Program-made: the position numbers and the translations under genes
In this document: in pieces, positions 39,401-46,146 of the stretch
Layout: every line of letters begins with the position of its first letter
Position numbering within the stretch: the stretch's first letter is position 1
Notes under the pieces: generated by a model
Databases searched by the model: none
Seen by the model: only the letters and a program-made list of their open reading frames with translations
Told to the model about the DNA's origin: nothing
Source of the DNA: a virus
Taxonomy: Duplodnaviria; Caudoviricetes
Reading direction: 5' to 3' (one strand)
IMG/VR virus record: IMGVR_UViG_3300031998_000053
Coordinates: 1 to 64,000 of that record
Length of the DNA stretch: 64,000 bases

Positions 39401-40092
39401 AGAAATACATGGAAGAGCGTACCCTTACACAGACGCTTACGCCTCAGTTCCTACGCTTTGCCCGTGTGTTCTTTGCCCAGGAGCATGTCTATGGTGTGCC
39501 TATCGACCTCGATTCCATGCTGGAGGAATATAAGGCCGATTTTGCAGAAGCCAGTAAGAGCCGTGATGATTCCTTCTCGCCCAAACGCTTCAAGGAGCGT
39601 GTGCTGTCCTACTGTGAGACGGCTGGCATTCAGATGAACCCGCCACAACTCTTCAAGAAAGCGGATGGTAAGGTGCTGAAGAAAGCAGAACAGACAAACT
39701 ATTTTGCTCATCAGGCATGGCGTACCCGTCGTTACTTTGATGGGCGAGAGTGGGAGGATGACCAAACTATCCAGCCAAAACAGATACGCGAACTGACCCG
39801 TACAGAACATGCGGTATATTTTTATCGCATTGGTAAGGACCAGATACCGGCCAATAACGACGAATTGATGAAACAGTATGCCGTCTTTATCACTCAGTCT
39901 GATCCAGCACCGATTACTGATGATAACGGAAATATCGTGACACTGACAGAAGAGGAACAGGCCCGCTGGCGTTCTTATCTGGATTCCCGTCAGCGTAAGC
40001 GTGTGGCTGGCGGCTCTGCCGTACCTACGGCTGCCACCGCAACCGATGGATCTCCGTCGGCTCCACCCCAGGAAGAGGATCTGCCCTTCTAA
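36451..40092 (+). CDS. Primase-helicase-like replication protein
   Basis: N-terminal CPFC..H..C zinc finger; C-terminal GGSGKS Walker A, WEDVD, VVTSNY; ends EEDLPF. Confidence 0.7.
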   Translation: MIYDPLIDELAALPLNLLVTPADQQTEEGQTACWCPFCKGNAGSTPHFIIYNRKRGGLYGKPVEHWFCTKTKRGGYGAIELYAAMKGLGYWWRKDSHSAQTFICVGEDLRQACLQLAMLAGHTKEEVGEKWPQLLKRDYRETAIRPQERVTFEPKTGFTPQDLAALGCTTWLDYDGVEHYGFETGNKDAGWHFDPADIQRDFKISAVGKVTLPAVSRKGEPVSEVLVSTPWNPIFVALVDDETEDSGSIFFPALGIPPMVFCNTDEHTSAKVSRWLAGDKVFVRALELKTSENTGVRKAIQELDPEERVTEVKQEWQESSDKNGNVKMELVDVPLRDKDIKAKAIIYCPSAPDAVATYYHMKALRHTYPKQFGSRWYHVCFPYGAVPFSPVHYNKMHRFADNIYTLFPSATKQTLKARDISCRYRDVLRAELPETIGDRAHLYFPRLYCHPVQTVSEFFLAYQMLPREAYQNDEDINRLFSSCITSALSSDPFERKEKRDKNGMVKEVYYTINPATLWEFMASAGYARDVRPDEPDKIGRYVHIDGPFADELEPSSMVQATIEQLKAYARQLNDSRPGMPDEYELMVQAVLRANKEINEKTIASLPSVKLNYADGYGRHVEHFFYDNGALRITENEISMQPYDRIDFNVERAELLHWNMTPIKNLPFEISENPEYRTRLEAIKNKREQKDDNGKPLYTLQQLAQDDNDLALWAQSHRWIVDWKGKNENEMWPALRVIRGFANEEWEQEQRLLHDGKQFSVEEQMELDCRFANLIFCLGRMLWRYRDSKSNCISYLIENVVSAANRAEGGSGKSTFVRVFAGCAAHILNINGRDLVSNKEFSANLAEYQHHKHRVVHWEDVDASLDFGKLYNLTTGDFSVRYMYKDRITIPLSEGPGHVVTSNYPLHDLDDSTMRRVCLGGFSHRFCGQNIMKNKAARYISDIMPDFNAVSPEKLSASSRNQIAMICALAVQFVMRYDEKVDAQKKYMEERTLTQTLTPQFLRFARVFFAQEHVYGVPIDLDSMLEEYKADFAEASKSRDDSFSPKRFKERVLSYCETAGIQMNPPQLFKKADGKVLKKAEQTNYFAHQAWRTRRYFDGREWEDDQTIQPKQIRELTRTEHAVYFYRIGKDQIPANNDELMKQYAVFITQSDPAPITDDNGNIVTLTEEEQARWRSYLDSRQRKRVAGGSAVPTAATATDGSPSAPPQEEDLPF

Positions 40093-40140
40093 ACTTGAAA
40101 TAACGTAATAACGTAATAACAACAAAAAACAAAAAAGATT

Positions 40141-40743
40141 ATGGCTCGTTACAGATTTTCTATCGACGCAGGCACCTTCATTGGTGCAAGGTTTTTGAAC
40201 TTAACGCTTACCGAGGGTGGCAAACCCATCCCTGGCATTTTCATCCCTGCCGGCATCAATGGCATTGAGGTGCAGACTGACAACCGCGATGAGGGCAAGC
40301 GTAATCCATCCGGCATCCGTGCCTTCCTGAACTTCCAGCAGCGTATTTGTAACAACAAGTACATCGAGGCTGTGAAGCAGTCGCTCATGCGTAAGGGTGA
40401 GGAAATTACCCTCTACAATGTGCCCGCCTATCAGGTGGCTTACACACTGCCGGAAGAGAAGCGTAAGCCTATCCGTGAGGCATTGAAGAAACGCATCCTG
40501 GCTGAACATCCTGAGTGGAAGGATCAGACCGACACACAGGGCACAGATCTCTCTCGTGCTATCTCTACGCTGATGCCCTATCAGGTAGGCGACTCTTATC
40601 TCATGGAAGAGCAAAACGCACAGCAGCAGCCGCGTAATGCTTCTGCACCTGTCTCGCAGGCTGTCTCTGGCTATTCCGCTCCTACTTCTAACGACTATGA
40701 CCCCTTTGGTGGTGAACAGGCTCCTGATGATCTCCCATTCTAA
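40141..40743 (+). CDS. Single-stranded DNA-binding-like protein
   Basis: Between helicase and clamp; Q/P-rich linker and DDLPF tail. Confidence 0.55.
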   Translation: MARYRFSIDAGTFIGARFLNLTLTEGGKPIPGIFIPAGINGIEVQTDNRDEGKRNPSGIRAFLNFQQRICNNKYIEAVKQSLMRKGEEITLYNVPAYQVAYTLPEEKRKPIREALKKRILAEHPEWKDQTDTQGTDLSRAISTLMPYQVGDSYLMEEQNAQQQPRNASAPVSQAVSGYSAPTSNDYDPFGGEQAPDDLPF

Positions 40744-40761
40744 CCATAAATTCGTAAAGAT

Positions 40762-41913
40762 ATGAAATTTAGTGTTTCCTCCCGTGAGTTGCTGCGCATC
40801 CTGAAGGCCACTGGTGCAGTCATTCTTCGTAAGAACAGCCTTCCTATTCTGGCCGACCACCTCTTCACCCGTGATGGCGATAAATTCTTCATTACTGGCT
40901 CTTCACAGGAAAATTCGTTGACGATGCCTATTGGCATTACACTCGACAATGGTAGCGACTTCCAGCCGTTCTGTCTGTTGGCTGTAGATGTTATCCCGCT
41001 GCTGGGTGCTCTGCCTGAACAGCCGATAACGGTAGAAGTGGATATGAGCAACCACATTGCTAAGATCATCTATCAGAGTGGCCAGGTGTCGGTGCCTGTT
41101 GAAGACAGTGCCGAATATCCGCGTGTGTCCGATGTAAAGGAGCCAAAGACTTCTTTCGACATCGAGGCCAATATTTTCTTCCCTGCTGTGAAAGCTGCCA
41201 ACGGTTGTACGGCTATTGACAGTACGCTACGCCCTCAGATGTCTGCTGTTGCCCTTGACGTGCAGGATGAGGGTGTGGTATTTGTTGGCTCTGATGGTCA
41301 CTCGCTCTATAAGTATTCCTATCAGCATGGCGCACCGTTCTTGACAGGTAGTAAGGTGGTTATCCTGATTCCAAACACCATTGCAGGACAGCTTCAGGCT
41401 CCCTTTGCCGGTGTTGAGACGCTGACCATCCAGCATGACGGTAAGCATGTATGCCTGAAGGCTGGTGATATCACCTTTACCATTCGTGACATCGAGCAGA
41501 AGTACCCTAACTATAACTCTGTCATTCCAAAGAACAGTCCCTATCATGCCACCCTGCCCGTGGCCGCTCTTGCTGGTGCCGTGAAGCGTGTGCAACTGAT
41601 GGCCAGTGATGCGTCAAACATGGTGAAGCTCTCCAAGGAAGGTATGTTCCTGAACCTGTCGGCTGAAGACTACGACTTCTCGAAGACGGCATCAGAGAAC
41701 CTGGTGCTGGCAGAGGTGGATAATCCGCTGACCATCCCAGATGGCTTTGCTATCGGCTTCAAGGCTTCGTCATTGCTGATGCTCCTGGGCAATATCTCTA
41801 CCGACAATGTGACGTTGCAGCTGTCTGAACCCTCTCGCGCTATTCTGGTCCTGGAGGATGCTCCTAACAGTGCCCTCGTGGAATTATTGATGCCCATGCA
41901 GCTGAATGCCTAA
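40762..41913 (+). CDS. dnaN: DNA polymerase III beta sliding clamp
   Basis: SLPILAD, GSDGHSL, YPNYNSVIP, IGFKAS, LLMPM. Confidence 0.93.
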   Translation: MKFSVSSRELLRILKATGAVILRKNSLPILADHLFTRDGDKFFITGSSQENSLTMPIGITLDNGSDFQPFCLLAVDVIPLLGALPEQPITVEVDMSNHIAKIIYQSGQVSVPVEDSAEYPRVSDVKEPKTSFDIEANIFFPAVKAANGCTAIDSTLRPQMSAVALDVQDEGVVFVGSDGHSLYKYSYQHGAPFLTGSKVVILIPNTIAGQLQAPFAGVETLTIQHDGKHVCLKAGDITFTIRDIEQKYPNYNSVIPKNSPYHATLPVAALAGAVKRVQLMASDASNMVKLSKEGMFLNLSAEDYDFSKTASENLVLAEVDNPLTIPDGFAIGFKASSLLMLLGNISTDNVTLQLSEPSRAILVLEDAPNSALVELLMPMQLNA

Positions 41914-42238
41914 CGCTATGAAGTCAATCTGTCAATGTTTCTATCAGACGGTAGGCCATACCTTCTACTACATCTTTAATGATGGCACCGTGCGCTCTAC
42001 GCGCAATGTCCTGTCAGATCATAAGACATGGAAGGTGATAGCCTCTTACAATGGTAAGGGCTACCGTCGCATCCGCATAGATGGTAAGACGTTCAAGGTA
42101 CATCGTCTTGTGGCCACGGCCTTTGTGCCTAACCCAGATAATCTGCCTTACGTTCTTCATATTGATGGTGATCGTGAGAATAACCACTACACAAACTTAA
42201 AATGGTCAGCAACGCAGAGCAACCATGAAGTTAAGTAG
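41906..42238 (+). CDS. HNH endonuclease (HNH_3-like)
   Basis: VHRLVATAFVPNPDNLPYVLHIDGDRENNHYTNLKW. Confidence 0.85.
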   Translation: MPNAMKSICQCFYQTVGHTFYYIFNDGTVRSTRNVLSDHKTWKVIASYNGKGYRRIRIDGKTFKVHRLVATAFVPNPDNLPYVLHIDGDRENNHYTNLKWSATQSNHEVK

Positions 42239-42545
42239 AGTATTGCACCATCACAACCGGCATGGTGGCTTGTGCCACAACTCACCTCGCCTGCATCGTG
42301 TCATCCGTAATGTCTGTATCACTGCTGGTGATTGTGGTGGGTGGTATCATCCCATCCACCCCTCAGACATAGGGCTGAATATCCAGCGCATCCTCTCCGT
42401 GGATCCTTTCGACCTTTATACGTCACTCCCCGCACCCCAAGGCAAGGATAGCAATTCATACATTCGTGGTGACATCCGCTTTCGTCTCTCCCTGCTCCAG
42501 CAGCTACTAATGTTAATTCTAATCGTGTTATTATCTGTTTTATGA
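42225..42545 (+). CDS. Hypothetical protein with hydrophobic C-terminus
   Basis: Coupled ORF between HNH and dut. Confidence 0.5.
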   Translation: MKLSRVLHHHNRHGGLCHNSPRLHRVIRNVCITAGDCGGWYHPIHPSDIGLNIQRILSVDPFDLYTSLPAPQGKDSNSYIRGDIRFRLSLLQQLLMLILIVLLSVL

Positions 42546-42985
42546 GAAAGTTAAAAGTAAAAGTAATCAATAAGTCTCACCATCCGCTGCCAGCCTATGC
42601 TACTGCACTTTCTGCTGGCATGGATCTCCGTGCTAACCTTGATGAGCCTATCACGTTGGAACCGCTGTGTCGTAAGCTGGTGCCAACAGGCTTGTTTATC
42701 GCTTTGCCTCCTGGCTATGAGGCACAGGTACGTCCCCGCTCCGGCCTTGCTCTGAAGCATGGTATCACCTGCATCAATACACCTGGTACTGTCGATGCCG
42801 ACTACCGAGGCGAAGTTGGCGTGTTGCTCGTGAATCTCGGTAATACTCCGTTTATCATCAATGATGGTGAACGTATCGCTCAGATGGTCGTTGCCCGTCA
42901 CGAACAGGTGGCTTTTGAGTCTGTTGATGTCCTGGATGAAACAGAACGTGGTGATGGTGGCTATGGTCATTCAGGTGTGAAGTAA
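42542..42985 (+). CDS. dut: dUTPase
   Basis: [36 protein letters not shown]. Confidence 0.97.
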   Translation: MRKLKVKVINKSHHPLPAYATALSAGMDLRANLDEPITLEPLCRKLVPTGLFIALPPGYEAQVRPRSGLALKHGITCINTPGTVDADYRGEVGVLLVNLGNTPFIINDGERIAQMVVARHEQVAFESVDVLDETERGDGGYGHSGVK

Positions 42986-42986
42986 G

Positions 42987-43138
42987 ATGGTAGCACAGTC
43001 CCCTATTGTCCTCGGTCAATATTCCCCGTCTCAGAATGGCATAGTGGTGTCGCCTTTTGGCCCATCACTATGTGTTTCTGGGGGGGCAATGGCCATGATA
43101 CAGACAAACCAAAAATACTTATAGAGTATGACTTGTAG
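42987..43138 (+). CDS. TRD-like cassette 1, G7 tract = OFF (G8: ...SQNGIVVSPFGPSLCVSGGGNGHDTDKPKILIEYDL)
   Basis: Manual translation; tract 43080-43086; length 152 = 3n-1. Confidence 0.75.
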
Positions 43139-43288
43139 GCGTTCTGTTACGACAACTCTCATTAACCCTGACAGGGGGGGCAAATCGCTCGTACCATCAA
43201 GTATCAGTATTATAAAACCAGCCTGGCTAACTTTCTGCTGAAAACACAGCGCGGAGCAACCGGCGTATTGATAGAGTATGAATTTTAG
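43128..43288 (+). CDS. TRD-like cassette 2, G7 = OFF (G8: ...DRGGQIARTIKYQYYKTSLANF...GATGVLIEYEF)
   Basis: Tract 43174-43180; ATG embedded in the previous cassette's EYD codons. Confidence 0.75.
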
Positions 43289-43466
43289 AGTAACCAATGT
43301 GGGGAAACCCAAGCAGATTAGGGGGGGGCAAATCTACCCCGTCAATATTACTGTCGATGGCTGTGCCAGTACCATCGTGGCGCATTATGCACAGACTGGA
43401 CCTGCTAACATGATTTCTCTTGCTCATTATCCTAATACGGCTGTTTTGTTTGAACATGATCTATAA
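43278..43466 (+). CDS. TRD-like cassette 3, G8 = ON (...CASTIVAHY...AHYPNTAVLFEHDL)
   Basis: Tract 43321-43328 in frame. Confidence 0.75.
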   Translation: MNFRVTNVGKPKQIRGGQIYPVNITVDGCASTIVAHYAQTGPANMISLAHYPNTAVLFEHDL

Positions 43467-43635
43467 GGCAATAGGTTGGACTCGCTCTGCTTCTGGACGT
43501 GGTGATGTTACTCGTTACCATTTGAAGAATGTTTGCAATACCATCACCTCATTTTCAGGGGGGGGCATTGGCAAAGATTCCACAACAGGAATGTATAACA
43601 CCACTCCTTATATCTTAGTTGAGCACGAATTGTAA
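43456..43635 (+). CDS. TRD-like cassette 4, G8 = ON (...VCNTITSFSGGG...TPYILVEHEL)
   Basis: Tract 43558-43565 in frame. Confidence 0.75.
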   Translation: MIYKAIGWTRSASGRGDVTRYHLKNVCNTITSFSGGGIGKDSTTGMYNTTPYILVEHEL

Positions 43636-43646
43636 TAAGAAGAAAT

Positions 43647-45101
43647 ATGATTGCAAAGATTTATCCTGACAACCACCCTGAACTTCAGGGCAAAAAGGAT
43701 CCGAAGCACCCTGTGAGGTACTTCGACATCCGAAAACTCACCCCCCCCGAATGCTATACGCTCATGGGCGTTCCAGGCCCATACATCGACGTGCTGATGA
43801 GCACCGAACAGCGACCTTATACGGCTTTTGTCGGTGTTGATAATCAGTTAGCAGTTTTCGGACTTGAACCGACGGCAACGATGAAAGAAGTAGAGGAAGC
43901 CTACCGTGAGGCCCTGGAAAGTCTCGAAACTCCCGTTCCTGATGATGAAGAGCATGATGATGATGCCACCGTTTCCGAAGATGAAGACGATGCCGAAGAG
44001 ATTGCCCTTATGCGTCAGAACTACGAACTGGCTTACAACACTATTCTGAAAGCACCGACTGAAGAAAAGTTTGGTCCTGTGCAGATCATCAGTAATAGCA
44101 ACCATTATAAACTCGCTGGCAACTCCATTGTCTGTGATGTTTTGATGTATATCTATGAGGAAATTTTCTATCCTACTGGCCGTCGTTTGCCTGCCGAACA
44201 GCAGGATATGTTTTCACTGCCTCAGTTCCAGCTTTCCCGCGACTGGAAAAAGCACCCTCTGAAGCTCGTTACTTTGTGTTCTGGCTATGATTCGCAAGCG
44301 ATTGCTTTCGATATGTTGAAAGAGCGTTATCCTGATTTTGATTACAGATTGATGGCCTGGGCAGAGTTTGATCCTGAAAGTAAACGTGCCCTTGATGAGC
44401 AGCCTGCCGTTGTTGCTCATAACCTCCTTTTCCCAGACGCAAAAGACCTCAATCGTGGCGACATGACAAAGGCTGACTGGAGCAACCTTGCAGGTGAAGA
44501 AATCGACTTCCTGACTTATTCTACTCCATGTCAGAGTATTTCACAGGCTGGCAAACGAGAGGGCATCAAAAAAGGCTCTGGCACCCGTTCTGCTGTGCTA
44601 TGGCATACAGAGGATGCCGTAAAGGTGATGCGCCCAAAGATTCTTCTGCAAGAGAATGTCCGTGCGCTGATTAACAGCGTAAATATGCCCGACTTCCGCG
44701 AGTGGTGTCAACTGTTGGAAAAGCATGGATATATCAATTTCCTGGCACCGTCATTCCCGACACCATGGGGCGAGACGAAACGTGATAAGAAGACTATACC
44801 AGGCATTCTGAATAGTAAGCATTATGGTGTGCCGCAAAACCGTGAGCGTGTCTATATGATTTCTGTCCGTAAGGATGTGCTCGACGATACGCAATATGAG
44901 TTTCCGCGTCCATTCCCATTAGAAAAGTGTATTGCTGATATCCTGGAAGATAATGTTGATGAGCGTTTCTTCCTGAAGCCCGATTCAGTAATCAAGTTCC
45001 TTACTGTGAATGAGAGTGACCAGCAGGCTAAGATCTTCTATATCGTCACCGATCATAAACTCTCTGATGAAGAAATAGCAAAGGCCCGTGCCGGTCAATA
45101 G
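43647..45101 (+). CDS. Circularly permuted C5 cytosine DNA methyltransferase core (motifs IX-X before I-VIII); C8 tract in frame
   Basis: RKLTPPEC (IX), YKLAGNSIV (X), TLCSGYDS (I), STPCQSIS (IV), QENV (VI), PQNRERVY (VIII); C8 at 43741-43748. Confidence 0.9.
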   Translation: MIAKIYPDNHPELQGKKDPKHPVRYFDIRKLTPPECYTLMGVPGPYIDVLMSTEQRPYTAFVGVDNQLAVFGLEPTATMKEVEEAYREALESLETPVPDDEEHDDDATVSEDEDDAEEIALMRQNYELAYNTILKAPTEEKFGPVQIISNSNHYKLAGNSIVCDVLMYIYEEIFYPTGRRLPAEQQDMFSLPQFQLSRDWKKHPLKLVTLCSGYDSQAIAFDMLKERYPDFDYRLMAWAEFDPESKRALDEQPAVVAHNLLFPDAKDLNRGDMTKADWSNLAGEEIDFLTYSTPCQSISQAGKREGIKKGSGTRSAVLWHTEDAVKVMRPKILLQENVRALINSVNMPDFREWCQLLEKHGYINFLAPSFPTPWGETKRDKKTIPGILNSKHYGVPQNRERVYMISVRKDVLDDTQYEFPRPFPLEKCIADILEDNVDERFFLKPDSVIKFLTVNESDQQAKIFYIVTDHKLSDEEIAKARAGQ

Positions 45102-45103
45102 AT

Positions 45104-45316
45104 ATGATGTACTTGCGTGATAGAGACCCAGCCAGTTCCAATGACTCTGTGAGAGTATGCTCCAGTGTAAACCGTGACCTCGATTGCATCAGCTTTCGTG
45201 GTGCCCATGCTGACAGGAACTTTCATCAGGTCATAGAACTTGGCTCTTCTCGCGTCACGAATACAATAACGTCCGTTCAAAAAGATAACCTCGTATGGAT
45301 AGAGAGAATGATATAA
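45104..45316 (+). CDS. TRD-like cassette 5 (...TNTITSVQKDNLVWIERMI), no G tract
   Basis: NT(L/I)TSVQKDN motif typical of phage C5-MTase variable regions. Confidence 0.75.
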   Translation: MMYLRDRDPASSNDSVRVCSSVNRDLDCISFRGAHADRNFHQVIELGSSRVTNTITSVQKDNLVWIERMI

Positions 45317-45501
45317 AGACACAAGCTGCCACCGTGCCCGATGAGTCAGCAGCGGGTGTTCCTGTTGGAAAGCCGTTGGGTATTGTCCGTTACCCTCATG
45401 GCAAGTTTCGTGGTGGCATACGTCCGGCTGATATTCTCCCTCCATTGACTAATTCCGACTTTCAAAATAACAATTTTGTCATTATCGAATATGACCTCTA
45501 A
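45295..45501 (+). CDS. TRD-like cassette 6 (...RYPHGKFRGG...PPLTNSDFQNNNFVIIEYDL), no G tract
   Basis: Shared C-terminal tail. Confidence 0.7.
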   Translation: MDRENDIKTQAATVPDESAAGVPVGKPLGIVRYPHGKFRGGIRPADILPPLTNSDFQNNNFVIIEYDL

Positions 45502-45753
45502 ATCCGCTGTAAGGCACTATATCCCCATTCGTCCATTCCTCTCGACCGCTACGAGGGGGGGCAATTCGTGTTGCAAGTCAGACAGGCAACCGAACAGGGT
45601 TATATCGAGTGTGTCAGTGGTGGTTGTTTCGATATGGCCTACCCATCCTCTCAGCTTCGACGCTCCCGTGTCAAAGAGGATGGGCGTATTGCTTCCGTCC
45701 TGATGTCTGGTGAAACGTCTCAATGTGTGTTTATAGAATATGACTTTGATTAA
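45491..45753 (+). CDS. TRD-like cassette 7, G7 = OFF (G8: ...VRQATEQGYIEC..MAYPSSQLRRSRV...CVFIEYDFD)
   Basis: Tract 45555-45561; QATxxGY...YPxSxxRRxRV motif of phage C5-MTase variable regions. Confidence 0.8.
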
Positions 45754-45941
45754 GCTGTCGCATACAACCTCCGCACCTCCAAAACCCTTACAGGGGGGGG
45801 GTACTTCTGCCCATTAACACAGCATCCGGCGGTATCTGTTGCACCCTTAACACCCGTTACGACGGTATGCAACTCCCCGAAGACATCCTTAGTCTCGCAC
45901 ATTATCCCAAGACGGTCATCCTTATTGAGCACTATCTATGA
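45740..45941 (+). CDS. TRD-like cassette 8, G9 = OFF (G8: ...ICCTLNTRYDG...LAHYPKTVILIEHYL)
   Basis: Tract 45793-45801; resembles cassette 3 (SLAHYP). Confidence 0.75.
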
Positions 45942-46056
45942 GGGTAGAATCAATGTTTCGCAGGATGGTTTAATTATTTCTCCTTTTGGTATTTCTCCAA
46001 CTCATACCGCTGGGCATGGTAATTGCCCAAAAATCCTAATAGAGTACGATTTGTAG
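45925..46056 (+). CDS. TRD-like cassette 9 (TTG start; ...SQDGLIISPFGISPTHTAGHGNCPKILIEYDL)
   Basis: Resembles cassette 1; start codon uncertain. Confidence 0.65.
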   Translation: MSTIYEGRINVSQDGLIISPFGISPTHTAGHGNCPKILIEYDL

Positions 46057-46064
46057 CTACTGTG

Positions 46065-46094
46065 CCCGCTGGTTATCCAGCGGGTTTTCTCTTT
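46065..46094 (+). terminator. Intrinsic terminator closing the replication/MTase operon
   Basis: CCCGCTGG-TTAT-CCAGCGGG followed by TTTTCTCTTT. Confidence 0.7.
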
Positions 46095-46146
46095 GTCCCT
46101 TGCTTCCTCGTTTCCATCGCTATCTTTGCCAAAAAATAACATAATT

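Noticed and set aside
42987-46056. TAG recoding (as in some Prevotella and crAss-like phages) fusing cassettes and MTase
   Set aside because: Long genes are intact in code 11, cassettes end in TAA, TAG and TGA alike, and reading through cassette 1's TAG meets a TAA within 9 codons.
42987-46056. Invertible shufflon (hsdS-type)
   Set aside because: All cassettes are on one strand, no inverted repeats flank them, and no recombinase is seen in the window.
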